From positions 1,280,001-1,344,000 of the forward strand of contig OZ255836.1 of assembly GCA_965277715.1 (NCBI GenBank): 64,000 nucleotides of DNA, in the 5' to 3' direction. Position numbers and translations under genes: made by a program. Source of the stretch: Gammaproteobacteria bacterium. GTDB taxonomy: Bacteria; Pseudomonadota; Gammaproteobacteria; JBCCGL01. Within the stretch, counting starts at the first letter, position 1. Each line of letters opens with the position of its first letter. This document shows positions 1 to 8,578 of the stretch, piece by piece. Below the pieces are notes generated by a model, which worked only from the letters and a program-made list of their open reading frames with translations, did no database searches and had not been told where the DNA came from.

Positions 1-515
1 ACCTTCCCAAGGCCAACATTCACTACTACTACAAAAACAAACACGCGCTGTACCTCGCCGTATTAGACGGCGTCTTATCACTCTGGAACAGCGCATTCGA
101 TAATATTCACGCCGACCACGATCCCGCCGAGGCCATCGAAAAATACATCCGCGCCAAGCTCGACTACTCGCGTCGAAACGCCATAGCGGCGCGCATTTTT
201 GCCAGTGAAATTATTCACGGCGCCCCGAATCTGACAAACTACCTACAGACCGAATCTCGACAGTGGATGACCCAAAAATCACAGGTGATTCGCCAATGGA
301 TTCAGCAGGGCAAGCTCGCCCCTATCGATCCACTCCATTTGATTTTTTTAATCTGGGGGGCAACACAGCACTATGCCGATTACCACGCGCAGATTGCCCT
401 CATCTATGGAAAAGCGGAGCTGGATGATAGCGATTACGAATCGATTACCCAGTCTATTAGCCACATCATATTAACGGGGTGTGGATTATCCTCCGCTAAC
501 CGGCTACTTGATTAA
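1..515 (+). CDS. TetR-family regulator, RutR/YcdC-like (5' truncated by window edge)
   Basis: Frame open from nt 3 and continuous with the 267..515 ORF: LPKANIHYYYKNKHALY (end of TetR HTH), FASEIIHGAP, and IDPLHLIFLIWGATQHYADY, typical of the RutR-type C-terminal domain. Confidence 0.85.
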   Translation, partial: LPKANIHYYYKNKHALYLAVLDGVLSLWNSAFDNIHADHDPAEAIEKYIRAKLDYSRRNAIAARIFASEIIHGAPNLTNYLQTESRQWMTQKSQVIRQWIQQGKLAPIDPLHLIFLIWGATQHYADYHAQIALIYGKAELDDSDYESITQSISHIILTGCGLSSANRLLD

Positions 516-1086
516 TAAAGCGGCTGGCCGCTTCCACCATCTCCCGCATATTGGGTTTATTGAGGCAAATCTCCTCAACCGTCAAGCCTTGCATTTCATG
601 TGGAAACACCAGCCAGTTGTCGGTTTTATGGATAAAGTAATCGGGTGCACGGTCTGTGCGGTTTTTACCGGGCTTAAAATAAGGTGTCGCAATGCGAATA
701 TCGGCGGGGGTATTTTTACGCGCTTTTGAATACAGTGTATCGATGACTGCCTTGACACTCAGGCCGGTGTCATACACATCATCGACAATCAAAAGCGAAT
801 CCTCGTGGTCGATATTGCGAATTACATAACTCAGGCCGTGCACCGCCACAGGCGCCTCAACGCGATCCAATCCTTTATACGATGATGTGCGGATGGAAAT
901 ATGGTCAGTTGGCACCCCAAAATAGTGCAACAACTCCTGTACAGCGATGCCCACCGGGGTACCACCACGCCAGATACCGACAATAAAATCAGGGCGGAAC
1001 CCATCTTCGAGTATTTTCACCGCCAGCCGGTATGAGTCATCCAACAAGGATTGTGCGGAGATATAGACTTTGTCCGACATCGGCAT
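496..1086 (-). CDS. Type I phosphoribosyltransferase (xanthine/hypoxanthine PRT-like)
   Basis: VGIWRGG motif, PRPP-binding loop LLIVDDVYDTGLS, and WLVFPHE C-terminal motif. Confidence 0.85.
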   Translation of the reverse strand: MPMSDKVYISAQSLLDDSYRLAVKILEDGFRPDFIVGIWRGGTPVGIAVQELLHYFGVPTDHISIRTSSYKGLDRVEAPVAVHGLSYVIRNIDHEDSLLIVDDVYDTGLSVKAVIDTLYSKARKNTPADIRIATPYFKPGKNRTDRAPDYFIHKTDNWLVFPHEMQGLTVEEICLNKPNMREMVEAASRFINQVAG

Positions 1087-1120
1087 ACCGCCCCATTCGC
1101 AAAACCGGAAGAATACAAAA

Positions 1121-1160
1121 AAAACGGGCCTATTACCTGTTAAATTTTAAGGCCCGTTTT
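1121..1160 (-). terminator. Probable intrinsic terminator after comEA
   Basis: AAAACGGGCCT...AGGCCCGTTTT inverted repeat followed by a T-run on the minus strand. Confidence 0.6.
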
Positions 1161-1193
1161 ATTTCACCCGTCTATGGGGGTGAACCATACACT

Positions 1194-1457
1194 CTACTCA
1201 ATTATCAGGTTCTCCTTGTTCATTTCAACAATTTTACTGCCAATACCCTTTACCTTGAGTAGACCATCAATCGACTTAAACGGCCCGTTTTCGGTTCGGT
1301 ATTCGACAATGGCGGCGGCTTTAGCAGGCCCCACGCCATTGATCGCCGCAGCAAGCGCGCTGGCGTTGGCAGTATTGATATTAACGGGATTGGCATTGGC
1401 AAGTGAGGTAAACAGTAACAACACAAAACTAATTACTGACTTTCTAAAAAAATCCAT
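1194..1457 (-). CDS. comEA: ComEA-family helix-hairpin-helix DNA-binding protein
   Basis: Signal peptide, then VNINTA...INGVGPAKAAAIVEYRTENGPFKSIDGLLKVKGIG. Confidence 0.9.
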   Translation of the reverse strand: MDFFRKSVISFVLLLFTSLANANPVNINTANASALAAAINGVGPAKAAAIVEYRTENGPFKSIDGLLKVKGIGSKIVEMNKENLIIE

Positions 1458-1719
1458 AACGACTCCTTAAAAAAATAAACTAATCAATGTTTAAAATATG
1501 GGTTAAACCCACACGCCGACCTGGCTCCCTGTGGTACTGACAAAAGTTACTCCCGATTGATTATTTCAATACAGCAGTCCTTCATCTGTATCACCGGTTA
1601 CCCGATCAGTGTTTAGCTTGCACCACTCCCCCGCGTTTGTCCAGCCGCTTTTAACCTGGAAAATACAACCCCATACCATCAATAATTGGCCCCAGCCCAC
1701 TTTCCACAGAGCCCACTCT

Positions 1720-2990
1720 AGGACAGGCATGAAATAATTGACAGATAGTCCTACTCTCTTTTAGGATGGCGTCCAGCCAACGTTAAAGGAACTGACCATG
1801 ACCCGCCCCCGCAAAGACCAAATCTCACTACCAGACACCCCCTACTACCACATCGTATCGCGCTGTGTACGGCGCACCTTTCTCTGCGGGCTGGATCCAC
1901 TGACCCAACGCGACTATGAGCATCGTCGGCAATGGATTGTCGACCGCATCCGGCTGCTCTCATCGCTCTTTGCCGTTGACCTGTGCGCCTACGCCATCAT
2001 GAGCAATCATTACCACCTCACCGTTAAACTCAACCCAGAACAAATCGATACACTAACTGACCAGGAAGTTATCAACCGCTGGTTAAGCCTGCACAAAGGC
2101 TCCCTGTTGGTGCAAAAAATGCAGGCGGGGGAAACCCTCAGTACCGTTGAATATCACGCCGTTGGCGATATTGTCACCGCCTGGCGCCAACGTCTGAGCA
2201 GCTTAAGCTGGTTTATGAAGTGCCTTAACGAACCCATTGCCCGGCGGGCCAACAAAGAAGACGAGTGCACTGGCCATTTCTGGGAGGCCCGATTTAAATC
2301 ACAGGCACTGCGCTCTGATGAAGCCTTATTGGCCAATATGGTCTATGTTGACCTCAACCCTGTCCGTGCTGGTATCGCCGACAAACCCGAGAATGCCGAT
2401 TACACCAGTATTCAGGAGCGTATCACTCCCCAGTTCAATCTCAGACAGGCTGTCCAACAACAAATCACTGGTGAAGAACTACAGCAGTTCAATGCCCCAT
2501 TAAAACCACTTCTGCATTTCTCCGAGACCATTAACGACACATCTACCGGCATCCCGCTAAATTTTACTGACTATCTGACTTTGGTTGACTGGACGGGCAG
2601 AGCCATTCGGCAAGACAAGCGGGGGTATATTGCTCAAGACCTGCCGCCAATATTGCAACGACTCAACATTGACAAAGAGAACTGGTTAAACAACACCCAA
2701 CACTTTGAATCACGTTATTGGAAGGCATTATCTCACAGGGTAATTGCTGCTGATACCGGATAGTCATTCAACCGCTTTACTCTTCCAATTTTCTGGATTT
2801 TCTCAACTCACTAATAATGGGTTATTTTTGTTTTGCCTGAAAAAATATTTTTCCTAAAACAAGGCTCAATAGTTAGATCATCACATCGAAAACACCCTCC
2901 AAATAGGTAAAAAAACACAGGTTTGACTACCCTGGATACTGTTTTCCATTTTTAGGATACCTTTGTATTTCTCTATATAATGCCTGTCCT
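1720..2990 (+). mobile_element. Putative ~1.27-kb RAYT-type element bounded by 11-bp inverted repeats
   Basis: AGGACAGGCAT (1720-1730) and its exact reverse complement ATGCCTGTCCT (2980-2990) flank the transposase gene; no target duplication visible. Confidence 0.55.
1798..2763 (+). CDS. REP-associated tyrosine transposase-like (RAYT, Y1/HUH superfamily), long type
   Basis: YYHIVSRCVRR N-terminus, HUH motif MSNHYHL, GHFWEARFKSQAL, catalytic Tyr motif YVDLNPVRAG. Confidence 0.88.
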   Translation: MTRPRKDQISLPDTPYYHIVSRCVRRTFLCGLDPLTQRDYEHRRQWIVDRIRLLSSLFAVDLCAYAIMSNHYHLTVKLNPEQIDTLTDQEVINRWLSLHKGSLLVQKMQAGETLSTVEYHAVGDIVTAWRQRLSSLSWFMKCLNEPIARRANKEDECTGHFWEARFKSQALRSDEALLANMVYVDLNPVRAGIADKPENADYTSIQERITPQFNLRQAVQQQITGEELQQFNAPLKPLLHFSETINDTSTGIPLNFTDYLTLVDWTGRAIRQDKRGYIAQDLPPILQRLNIDKENWLNNTQHFESRYWKALSHRVIAADTG

Positions 2991-4318
2991 TTAAAATCTA
3001 AGCGTTCAGGCTTGATGGCAATAGCCAACTTTTCCACCAGCTCATCAATTTGATGATCGTCGATAATAAACGGCGGCGCGATCAACACATGGTCACCCCG
3101 CTGACCATCGAGCGTACCGCCCATCGGGTAGCAAATTAAACCCGCCGCAAACGCGGCCTGCTTGATTTTTCGGTGCACGCCAAGCGCAGGATCAAACGGT
3201 GTTTTTGAAGTTTTATCCCGCACAATTTCCACTCCTCGAAATAACCCCCTTCCCCGAATATCCCCCACGTAAGGGTGCTGATCAAATTTATCGTGTAATG
3301 CCTGGTGCAGTTTTTCGCCCTGCTGTTTACACCGTGAAATAAGGTCTCTCTGAATAATGGCGCTCACTACGGCAAGGCCAGCGGCACAGGCGGTCGGATG
3401 GCCAAGGTAGGTGTGACCATGCTGGAAAAAACCGCTACCGGTTTCTATCGTCTGGTAAATTTCCTGGCTACACAACATCGCACCGATGGGCTGATACCCG
3501 GCACCCAGCCCTTTGGCGATGGCCATAATATCCGGTGTTACGCCCTCCTGTTCACAGGCGTATAAGGAGCCGGTGCGTCCCATGCCACACATCACTTCAT
3601 CGAGAATCAATAACACGCCATAGCGATCACAGATTTCCCGAATACGTTTGAAATACCCGGGAACACCAGGCACCGCCCCCAACGTGGCACCGACTACTGG
3701 CTCGGCGATAAACGCCATCACCTGGTCAGCACCGAGGCGCAGGATCTCCTGTTCCAATTCATCGGCAACCCGGATACCGTATTCCACTTCGGTCTCCCCC
3801 TGCTGCTGGCCACGGTAGGAGTAACACGGGCTGATGTGGGTAGTTTCAATCATTAGCGGTGAAAAAGGCGCACGCCGCCACAAATTACCACCCGCCGCCA
3901 GCGCGCCCAGAGTATTGCCATGGTAGCTTTGCAGACGGGCAATAACACGGGACCGGGATGTCTCGCCCTTTTCTATAAAGTATTGGCGCGCCAGTTTAAT
4001 CGACGCTTCCACCGCCTCGGAACCACCCGATACAAACAATACTCTGTCCAGGTTACCCGGTGCCTGCTGAATCAATAAATCGGCCAGTTTTTCGGCAGGC
4101 TCGCTGGAGAAGAATCCCGTGTGTGCAAAGGCGACTTTATCCAGTTGCTGTTTGACCTGGTCGATAATGTCTGCATCTCCATGGCCAAGGCAGGAAACGG
4201 CTGCACCACCGGAACCGTCCAGGTAGCGTTTACCCTGTTGATCGATCAGGTAACAGCCCTCTCCGGCGACGGCGATAGGTGGAATGTTTTTAGTGTGGCG
4301 GGGGAATACGTGGCTCAA
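2927..4318 (-). CDS. Class III PLP-dependent aminotransferase (omega-amino acid/amine type)
   Basis: YLDGSGGAAV, SGGSEA, SYHGNT, FIAEPVVG, LILDEVMCGMGRTG, PDIMAIAKGLGAGY (PLP Lys), HGHTY. Confidence 0.92.
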   Translation of the reverse strand: MSHVFPRHTKNIPPIAVAGEGCYLIDQQGKRYLDGSGGAAVSCLGHGDADIIDQVKQQLDKVAFAHTGFFSSEPAEKLADLLIQQAPGNLDRVLFVSGGSEAVEASIKLARQYFIEKGETSRSRVIARLQSYHGNTLGALAAGGNLWRRAPFSPLMIETTHISPCYSYRGQQQGETEVEYGIRVADELEQEILRLGADQVMAFIAEPVVGATLGAVPGVPGYFKRIREICDRYGVLLILDEVMCGMGRTGSLYACEQEGVTPDIMAIAKGLGAGYQPIGAMLCSQEIYQTIETGSGFFQHGHTYLGHPTACAAGLAVVSAIIQRDLISRCKQQGEKLHQALHDKFDQHPYVGDIRGRGLFRGVEIVRDKTSKTPFDPALGVHRKIKQAAFAAGLICYPMGGTLDGQRGDHVLIAPPFIIDDHQIDELVEKLAIAIKPERLDFKGQALYREIQRYPKNGKQYPG

Positions 4319-4484
4319 GGTTATGGCTCGCTTGAAAGGTGAATAATAGTGGTTTTTGGTAAGGTTTGGGATGCTAGCTGAGAATGGCTGCCCTGGCGAG
4401 GAAAAGCCTTGTTTTACGATAAACTAGCCGGTTTTATCTAAGTTCGGTACAGGCTGTGAGAATACCTTGCTAATCAATACTGGT

Positions 4485-4580
4485 GTCGGCAACTGCTCCT
4501 GCGTTGCTCTAGCTCCTGTATCCATACAGTCGTCGGCAACTGCTCCTGCGTTGCTCTATCTCCTGTATCCATACAGTCGT
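4485..4580. repeat. Tandem 47-bp REP-like repeat (2 copies)
   Basis: GTCGGCAACTGCTCCTGCGTTGCTCTA[G/T]CTCCTGTATCCATACAGTC starts at 4485 and 4532 with one mismatch; each unit holds a CTGTAT-CC-ATACAG hairpin. Confidence 0.9.
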
Positions 4581-4854
4581 ACGCCAACTGTTTCTGTGGA
4601 AAGCAGGCTGGCGCTGATTACTGATAACATGAGGTGCGCCTCTGATGTATTGCCTGCTTATCTAAGTGGTCTTATATATTCGTCAATTCAACGTCAGGGG
4701 GTGCTGGTTGAGTGCGAAAAAGCTGTGTAAGGTATTGGCGTGCATGGGAAGGTTTAAAAAAATCGTCGTGACTCACAGGAAGTACGGAATGCTGAAGGTG
4801 CACTCACTAAACAATTCAATACCAACAATCTGACAGGCTGAGGAAATAGATAAG

Positions 4855-5907
4855 ATGAAATTTCGACAATTGGGTAGTTCCGGTATAAACGTCAGTGCGA
4901 TTTGCCTTGGCACGATGACCTGGGGCGAACAAAACACGCGGGATGAAGCATTTCAACAAATGGATTTTGCACTGGATAACGGGGTGAATTTCTGGGATGC
5001 CGCTGAGATGTATCCAGTGCCTGTACAGGCGGAAACAGCCGGTGATACCGAGCGCTGTATTGGCAATTGGCTGACGAAAAACGGGCGCCGCGATGAGGTG
5101 GTTCTGGCCACTAAGGTGATAGGGCGCAGCGATAGAGCCTGGGTTAGAGACGGACAGGAAACCAGGGTAAACCGCGAACAGATTAATCAGGCAGTTGATG
5201 GCAGTTTAAGACGCTTAAATACGGATTACATCGATTTGTACCAGGTGCACTGGCCAGATAGAAGGATGGGTCTATGGGGAGAAGGTGACGGTTCTTACGT
5301 GCATAAAGAGGAGGTCGATGAGGTGTCTGTTCTGGAAACGATGGATGCGTTGGCCGAGCTGGTAAAGGCGGGAAAGGTGCGTGCATTGGGAGTGTCTAAT
5401 GAAACGCCCTGGGGTATCGCGCAATATTTACAGGCTTCGCGATACCACGGCTACCCGGAAATTGTATCTATCCAGAATTCTTACAGCCTGTTAAACCGCG
5501 TGTATGAAATGGGCTTGAGCGAATTCAGTTACCGTGAGGGTATTGGTTTACTCGCCTATTCGCCGCTGGCAATGGGGACACTCTCCGGTAAATATGCGCA
5601 GAATGCTGTTCCCAAGGGAAGCCGGATGGCGCTGTTTCCCGAGTTTATGCACCGCTACCAAACGCCGATGGGAGAGCAGGCGATTAGTGCCTATATCCAG
5701 CTGGCACAGGATTTTTCTCTCACCCCCACACAATTGGCGCTGGGGTTTGTCAATACCCGACCGTTTATGACATCCAATATTATTGGCGCTACAACGATTC
5801 AACAGCTCAAGGAGAACATTGAAAGCATTGAGGTAACGATTTCTGATGAGCTTGAGCAGGCAGTACACGCTATTCACCGGGTGTGTAAAAACCCGGCGGC
5901 GGTGTAA
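4855..5907 (+). CDS. tas: NADP(H)-dependent aldo-keto reductase, Tas-like
   Basis: LGTMTWGEQNT, DAAEMYPVP, LNTDYIDLYQVHWPDR, GVSNETPWG, LAYSPLAMGTLSGKY. Confidence 0.88.
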   Translation: MKFRQLGSSGINVSAICLGTMTWGEQNTRDEAFQQMDFALDNGVNFWDAAEMYPVPVQAETAGDTERCIGNWLTKNGRRDEVVLATKVIGRSDRAWVRDGQETRVNREQINQAVDGSLRRLNTDYIDLYQVHWPDRRMGLWGEGDGSYVHKEEVDEVSVLETMDALAELVKAGKVRALGVSNETPWGIAQYLQASRYHGYPEIVSIQNSYSLLNRVYEMGLSEFSYREGIGLLAYSPLAMGTLSGKYAQNAVPKGSRMALFPEFMHRYQTPMGEQAISAYIQLAQDFSLTPTQLALGFVNTRPFMTSNIIGATTIQQLKENIESIEVTISDELEQAVHAIHRVCKNPAAV

Positions 5908-5909
5908 AT

Positions 5910-6869
5910 TCAGCAGAGACAATCGTTAAATGCGCGATCAATAGGCGCGGTTAAGAGTGATTCGCTACGGCCAATGACCACAATCCTTGTGGTCGAGCGC
6001 CCACCAATATCCATCTCCTCATCTAGGGGTTCCAGGGTCGCACGCCTGCCCACCAGGTTAAACAAGTGCATTGTTTCCGGGGCCTGGGTGAAACGAACAA
6101 ACCCTTTCGCCCGCCAGCAAAAACGGGAAATCTCACTGGCAAACACATCAAAACGCTGCTTATCGAGTGCGCACTCGCTGCGTACAGTGTGTTCTGTATA
6201 ACCGTGGTGGTTATCACTTAGCCACAAATCATTGCCCGGGTGGCGCGACGCCAGGTTGGTAGCCCCCGGCGCAAACAACAGTGGCACGGGGATATGGCTG
6301 TAGGCGGTGGTCTGGGTAGCCACCGTGGGCGCCACAGTATTGAGGTGTGCTAATAGGTCGGTGTATTGGTCTTTTGTGGCAATATCGCGCTTATTGATAA
6401 TCACCAGATCGCTCAGCGCGGCGTGGTCGAGTACGCGCTCGGCGGCGTCAAAATCCAGTTGATCAAAGGTGCTGGCATCGACGATGTACACCAGCGCATC
6501 CTCCCGGACAATACCGGCATTGCCCAGCATATGCACAGAACTGAGTAATGATACCGGGTCACTGACACCACTGGCCTCGACAACAATCGCATCAATCCCC
6601 TGCTCCTGGTTGACAATCTGTGTCACAGCGTTGAGTAAATCACTCTGTAGAGAACAGCAGATACACCCATTGGTCAGTGCGATACGATCCTGTTCAGCAT
6701 TTTGGATCAAGTCATTATCGATATTGACTTTGCCAATATCGTTGACGATCACCGCAATACGCCTGCCCTCAGGGTTGTTCAGCACATGGTTAACCAGCGT
6801 GGTCTTCCCCGCGCCGAGGAAACCGCCAATAACAACGAGTGGGCGTGGTTGCCGATGTGCGCTGCGCAT
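5910..6869 (-). CDS. COG0523/CobW-family G3E GTPase metallochaperone
   Basis: Walker A GFLGAGKTT, metal motif GCICCS, EASGVS, NKRD, C-terminal RAKGFV. Confidence 0.9.
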   Translation of the reverse strand: MRSAHRQPRPLVVIGGFLGAGKTTLVNHVLNNPEGRRIAVIVNDIGKVNIDNDLIQNAEQDRIALTNGCICCSLQSDLLNAVTQIVNQEQGIDAIVVEASGVSDPVSLLSSVHMLGNAGIVREDALVYIVDASTFDQLDFDAAERVLDHAALSDLVIINKRDIATKDQYTDLLAHLNTVAPTVATQTTAYSHIPVPLLFAPGATNLASRHPGNDLWLSDNHHGYTEHTVRSECALDKQRFDVFASEISRFCWRAKGFVRFTQAPETMHLFNLVGRRATLEPLDEEMDIGGRSTTRIVVIGRSESLLTAPIDRAFNDCLC

Positions 6870-6871
6870 GG

Positions 6872-8491
6872 CTAAACCGCCGTGTACACTTTTTCCCCGC
6901 CCAGCCAGGTTTCAAGGATGTTGATAGTGTGCATACGGTCTGGGTGTATATGTAACGGACTGGCGTCGAGTACGACAAAATCGGCGTACTTACCGGCAGT
7001 GATGCTACCGATTTTATCGTCCATAAACAGTTGGTGGGCAGCGTCTATCGTCACCGCACGCAGTGCCTGCTCGGCGGTGAGCGCTTCACCGGCACCAATC
7101 ACCCGGCCATCCAGAGTTTTTCGGGTGATCGCGGTCTGCATCAATTCGAGCGCCGAAGCGTCGGTCATCGGGGTATCCGCGTGCAGGCTGATCGGCATAC
7201 GGTGTTTTACCGCTGTGCCCGCTGGCATGTAGTGCGCAGCGCGTTCGGGACCGAAGAGCATATCTTCAATCGGAGCGCCCCAAAAGCGTATATGGCTAAT
7301 AAAAAAGCTGCATAAAACACCCAGTTGTCGAGCGCGTGCGATTTGATCTTCACGCATTAGCGCGCAGTGTTCCAGCCGAAAGCGGTGGTCTTTGCGTGGG
7401 TTGGCGGCGAGCAGGTCTTCAATAACGTCCAGCACCATATCGATGGTTCGGTCTCCCTGGGTGTGGACAGACATTTGCCATCCCTGGTCGAAATAGGTTT
7501 TTGCCATTTGGGTAAAATAATCGAGAGGGTAATTGATCCCGCCGATATGCCCAGGCTGTAAGTGCATTCTTTCACGGGTAACGTCGGAGTCAAGATAGGG
7601 CCTGGACAACCAGATATTACCGATAAAGGGCGAACCATCCGCGTGTATTTTCACCCCCGCCAACCACAGTTGGTGATGATCGAAGACCAGTGGATCGATA
7701 CGCATATCCGCCGTGGTGGCCTGTTGGTACGCCGCGATACGGGGCAGTTTTTTCCCTGCTTTCAACGCGGCCAGATAATAGCTTTTGTAATACGGCAGGT
7801 ATAAATGCTCGGTCAGGGTGGTGATACCCTGCGATAAAAATGTTGCCGCCGATTGTTCAAACTGCCCACTGAGCCGCGACTCCCCCCACACGGTGTAAAA
7901 CACATCCAGTACATCCCAGGTGCTGGCTTCCATTACCTGGCCAGTCGGTTCCCCGCTGGCATCACGGACAATCATGCCGCCCGGCTTATCGGGGGTATTG
8001 CGGTCTATGCCACACAGGGCCAGCGCCGCTGAATTGAGGTACACGGCGTGGCAGTTTGAGGTTTGGATGGCCAGGGGGTTGTGCGGCGCTATGGCATCCA
8101 GCATATCCCGGTCGGGTGAGACCATATCCGCGTGAAGCTGGGCGTCCAGCCCAAAAAAGACCAAACATTCACCTGGTGTTGCATGGGCAATACGGCGTTT
8201 GATTTTAGCCATGACTTTCTCAAATGTGGGTTCAACCAGCGCCCGCACATCCACCACCGGCGCGCCCCGGGTTTTTGCCGCCCACAGAATATGCGAGTGC
8301 GCCTCGATAAACCCCGGTAGCAATACCCGGCCTTGCAGGTCGTAATCGTGGGCGTTGGGCAGCAATGCCCGCATCGACGGATAGGTGCCGACAGCGATAA
8401 TGTTATGCCCTTGCACAGCCACGGCTTCACAGCCACTTGTCGCCTGGTCTAGGGTGATAATTTGCCCGCCGTGAAAGATTATTTCGCGCAT
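6872..8491 (-). CDS. Metal-dependent amidohydrolase (YtcJ/NfdA-like, amidohydrolase_3)
   Basis: PGFIEAHSH, KIHADGS, HTQGDR, RLEHC, HADTP, GSITAGKYADFVVLD. Confidence 0.88.
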   Translation of the reverse strand: MREIIFHGGQIITLDQATSGCEAVAVQGHNIIAVGTYPSMRALLPNAHDYDLQGRVLLPGFIEAHSHILWAAKTRGAPVVDVRALVEPTFEKVMAKIKRRIAHATPGECLVFFGLDAQLHADMVSPDRDMLDAIAPHNPLAIQTSNCHAVYLNSAALALCGIDRNTPDKPGGMIVRDASGEPTGQVMEASTWDVLDVFYTVWGESRLSGQFEQSAATFLSQGITTLTEHLYLPYYKSYYLAALKAGKKLPRIAAYQQATTADMRIDPLVFDHHQLWLAGVKIHADGSPFIGNIWLSRPYLDSDVTRERMHLQPGHIGGINYPLDYFTQMAKTYFDQGWQMSVHTQGDRTIDMVLDVIEDLLAANPRKDHRFRLEHCALMREDQIARARQLGVLCSFFISHIRFWGAPIEDMLFGPERAAHYMPAGTAVKHRMPISLHADTPMTDASALELMQTAITRKTLDGRVIGAGEALTAEQALRAVTIDAAHQLFMDDKIGSITAGKYADFVVLDASPLHIHPDRMHTINILETWLGGEKVYTAV

Positions 8492-8578
8492 CGTTTAGTT
8501 TCCATATTTTTTATTGTATTTTGCCAATACCACATTGAGGCATTGTAAGATAATTGGCTGATAAAAAGAGAACACCCC

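Noticed and set aside
4485-4580. Possible mini-CRISPR array
   Set aside because: Units are contiguous with no unique spacers, there are only two copies, and no cas genes are present.
4467-4730. 87-aa ORF over the tandem repeat
   Set aside because: The repeated peptide arises from the DNA repeat; TTG start and no recognisable domain.
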